DNA from: Hypanus sabinus
Taxonomy: Eukaryota
Assembly: GCF_030144855.1 (NCBI RefSeq)
Contig: NW_026781759.1
Span: 62,001-126,000 of the forward strand
Reading direction: 5' to 3'
Length of the DNA stretch: 64,000 nt
The notes under the pieces are model-generated. The model worked only from the letters and a program-made list of their open reading frames with translations. It did not search any database and was not told where the DNA came from. The translations under genes and the position numbers were made by a program. Every line of letters begins with the position of its first letter. The stretch's first letter is position 1. Below are positions 62,501 to 64,000 of the stretch, one piece after another.

Positions 62501-64000
62501 ACCTCACTATCCTGAAATCCGAAATTATTCCACAAGCTATGGACCCATTTTCAAAGACTTTACAACTCAAGTTCTGAGTGTTATTTTCATTACTTGGCCA
62601 TCAAACTGTATCCCTATCTATCCATCCATCCATTCTTTGTTCAGTAATTTATTTATGTCCTGTTTGATCAAGTTGTTATCTATTGCACGTTGGTTATTTT
62701 CTCAGTTTTGGCATGGCACTTCAATGTTTCTGTTGCATTTCTCTTTTGTTCTCCGAATGCCATCAAGAAAAGTAACCTCAAGGTAGTATTTGGTGAAATA
62801 ACATGGTTTGATAATAAACTTACTTTGACTTTGTCGTGACCACATGTTCATTGACCCGATTGAGAGAGAGCTCAAGAGCTTGGAACTCAACGTTAAACCA
62901 GTTGATGGAATGGGGATTGATGTAAAACGAGGAGAGAGTGCAGTAAAATAGGAAGATCACGTGCTCGAAGGAAATCGAGGCAGCGAGTACTCTAGTGGGA
63001 GGAATACACTGAGGTCAGCTGCAGGAAACCAAAGACTTGTAGGCTGTGCTCGTCAGTCGTCCCGCCGACAAGTAATTTGCAGACGGTTTTCAGGATGTTC
63101 TAAAGGTAAATGAGTCAGGCAGGGTGGTCAGCCCTTGGATTAATGACAAAGGGAAAAGCAAAACAACAGTAAATAAAGGACATGCGAATGGAATATGTAG
63201 ATATTCCATAAAATCATTAGATGAAGGATCAGAAATAGCCCACTGGGCTGTCGAGTCTTCGAAGACAACCTATTATCGCAGATCCAGAACTCACTCAAGC
63301 ACATCGCTCTAAATTCACGCTGTATTATTTGATCCCCTGATCGATCAAGCTGCGATCGATTTTCACCTTCAATATCTGCACGGTCACGGACACCACAGCA
63401 GCGTGTTCTGAAGTGTCGCGCCTCATTTGTGAGCTTGTGTCCTCCAGTGAATGATACCTCCACCAGAGGAAACAGTCACTCAACATCGACCCGTTCTAGT
63501 CCTTTCAACCTTCAGCGGGTTTCAATGACAGGGACCCCCATGATTCTGAATTCCAGCGACTACAGGACCAGAGCTGAAAAACACAATCTCTAAACTATTC
63601 TTCTGGAAGTCTGAAGCGAGTACTCCTGAGTCCTCTTGCACCTCTGTTATTTGTATTTTCTACTCATTTGGGTAATACTCTGTCCTATTTTTCATTTTAC
63701 CAAAATAGATTTTCGTATATTTTCCAAAACTGTATTCCATTTGCTACCACCCTCCCCATTCTTTCAATTTGTCTAAGTCTTGCTGCAAACTCATTGCTTT
63801 CTCAGCACTACCTAGCCCACCCACACTTATCTTAATATCTTCTGCAAAGTTTACCAGAAAGGCATGAATTTCATTATCCAAATCATGGACAAACTATGTT
63901 AAAAGTACATGTACCAATTCTGACCCTGAACCACACTTCTAGTCACCGGCAGGCAACCACCAATGCCCCCCTTATTCCCACTCGTTGCCTCCTGCCTGTC

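Overview
This is vertebrate genomic DNA from a cartilaginous fish, probably a batoid (ray or skate). That assignment is inferred from CR1/Rex1 LINE content and the GPR139-like receptor family. There are five N-gaps, all within the first 17.2 kb. (1) 1-17.5 kb is a T-cell-receptor beta-type V-gene cluster that I read by hand. It holds two apparently intact leader-intron-V-23RSS genes (9957-10583 and 16002-16635, minus strand). They resemble mammalian TRBV30 (TIHQ.P...CTVEG...YWYRQ...RPQ...YFC(A/T)WS). A third family member is a nonsense pseudogene. There are also a frameshifted TRBV20/29-like gene, two plus-strand (inverted) V relics, and an orphan leader with a V stub. CRE promoter motifs and several CTCF-consensus sites accompany them. 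I found no D, J or C segments. (2) 17.5-33 kb is a repeat desert of decayed CR1 and Rex1 LINEs, a 52-bp minisatellite and a LINE-derived 102-bp array. (3) 33-64 kb is a tandem segmental duplication. Each unit carries an intact two-exon GPR139-like class A GPCR. Exon 1 had to be joined manually. The two paralogues are almost identical in TM1-TM2, TM3 and the first two intracellular loops but strongly divergent in all extracellular loops. All family assignments come from motif recognition and remembered sequences, not database searches. Repeat boundaries are approximate.
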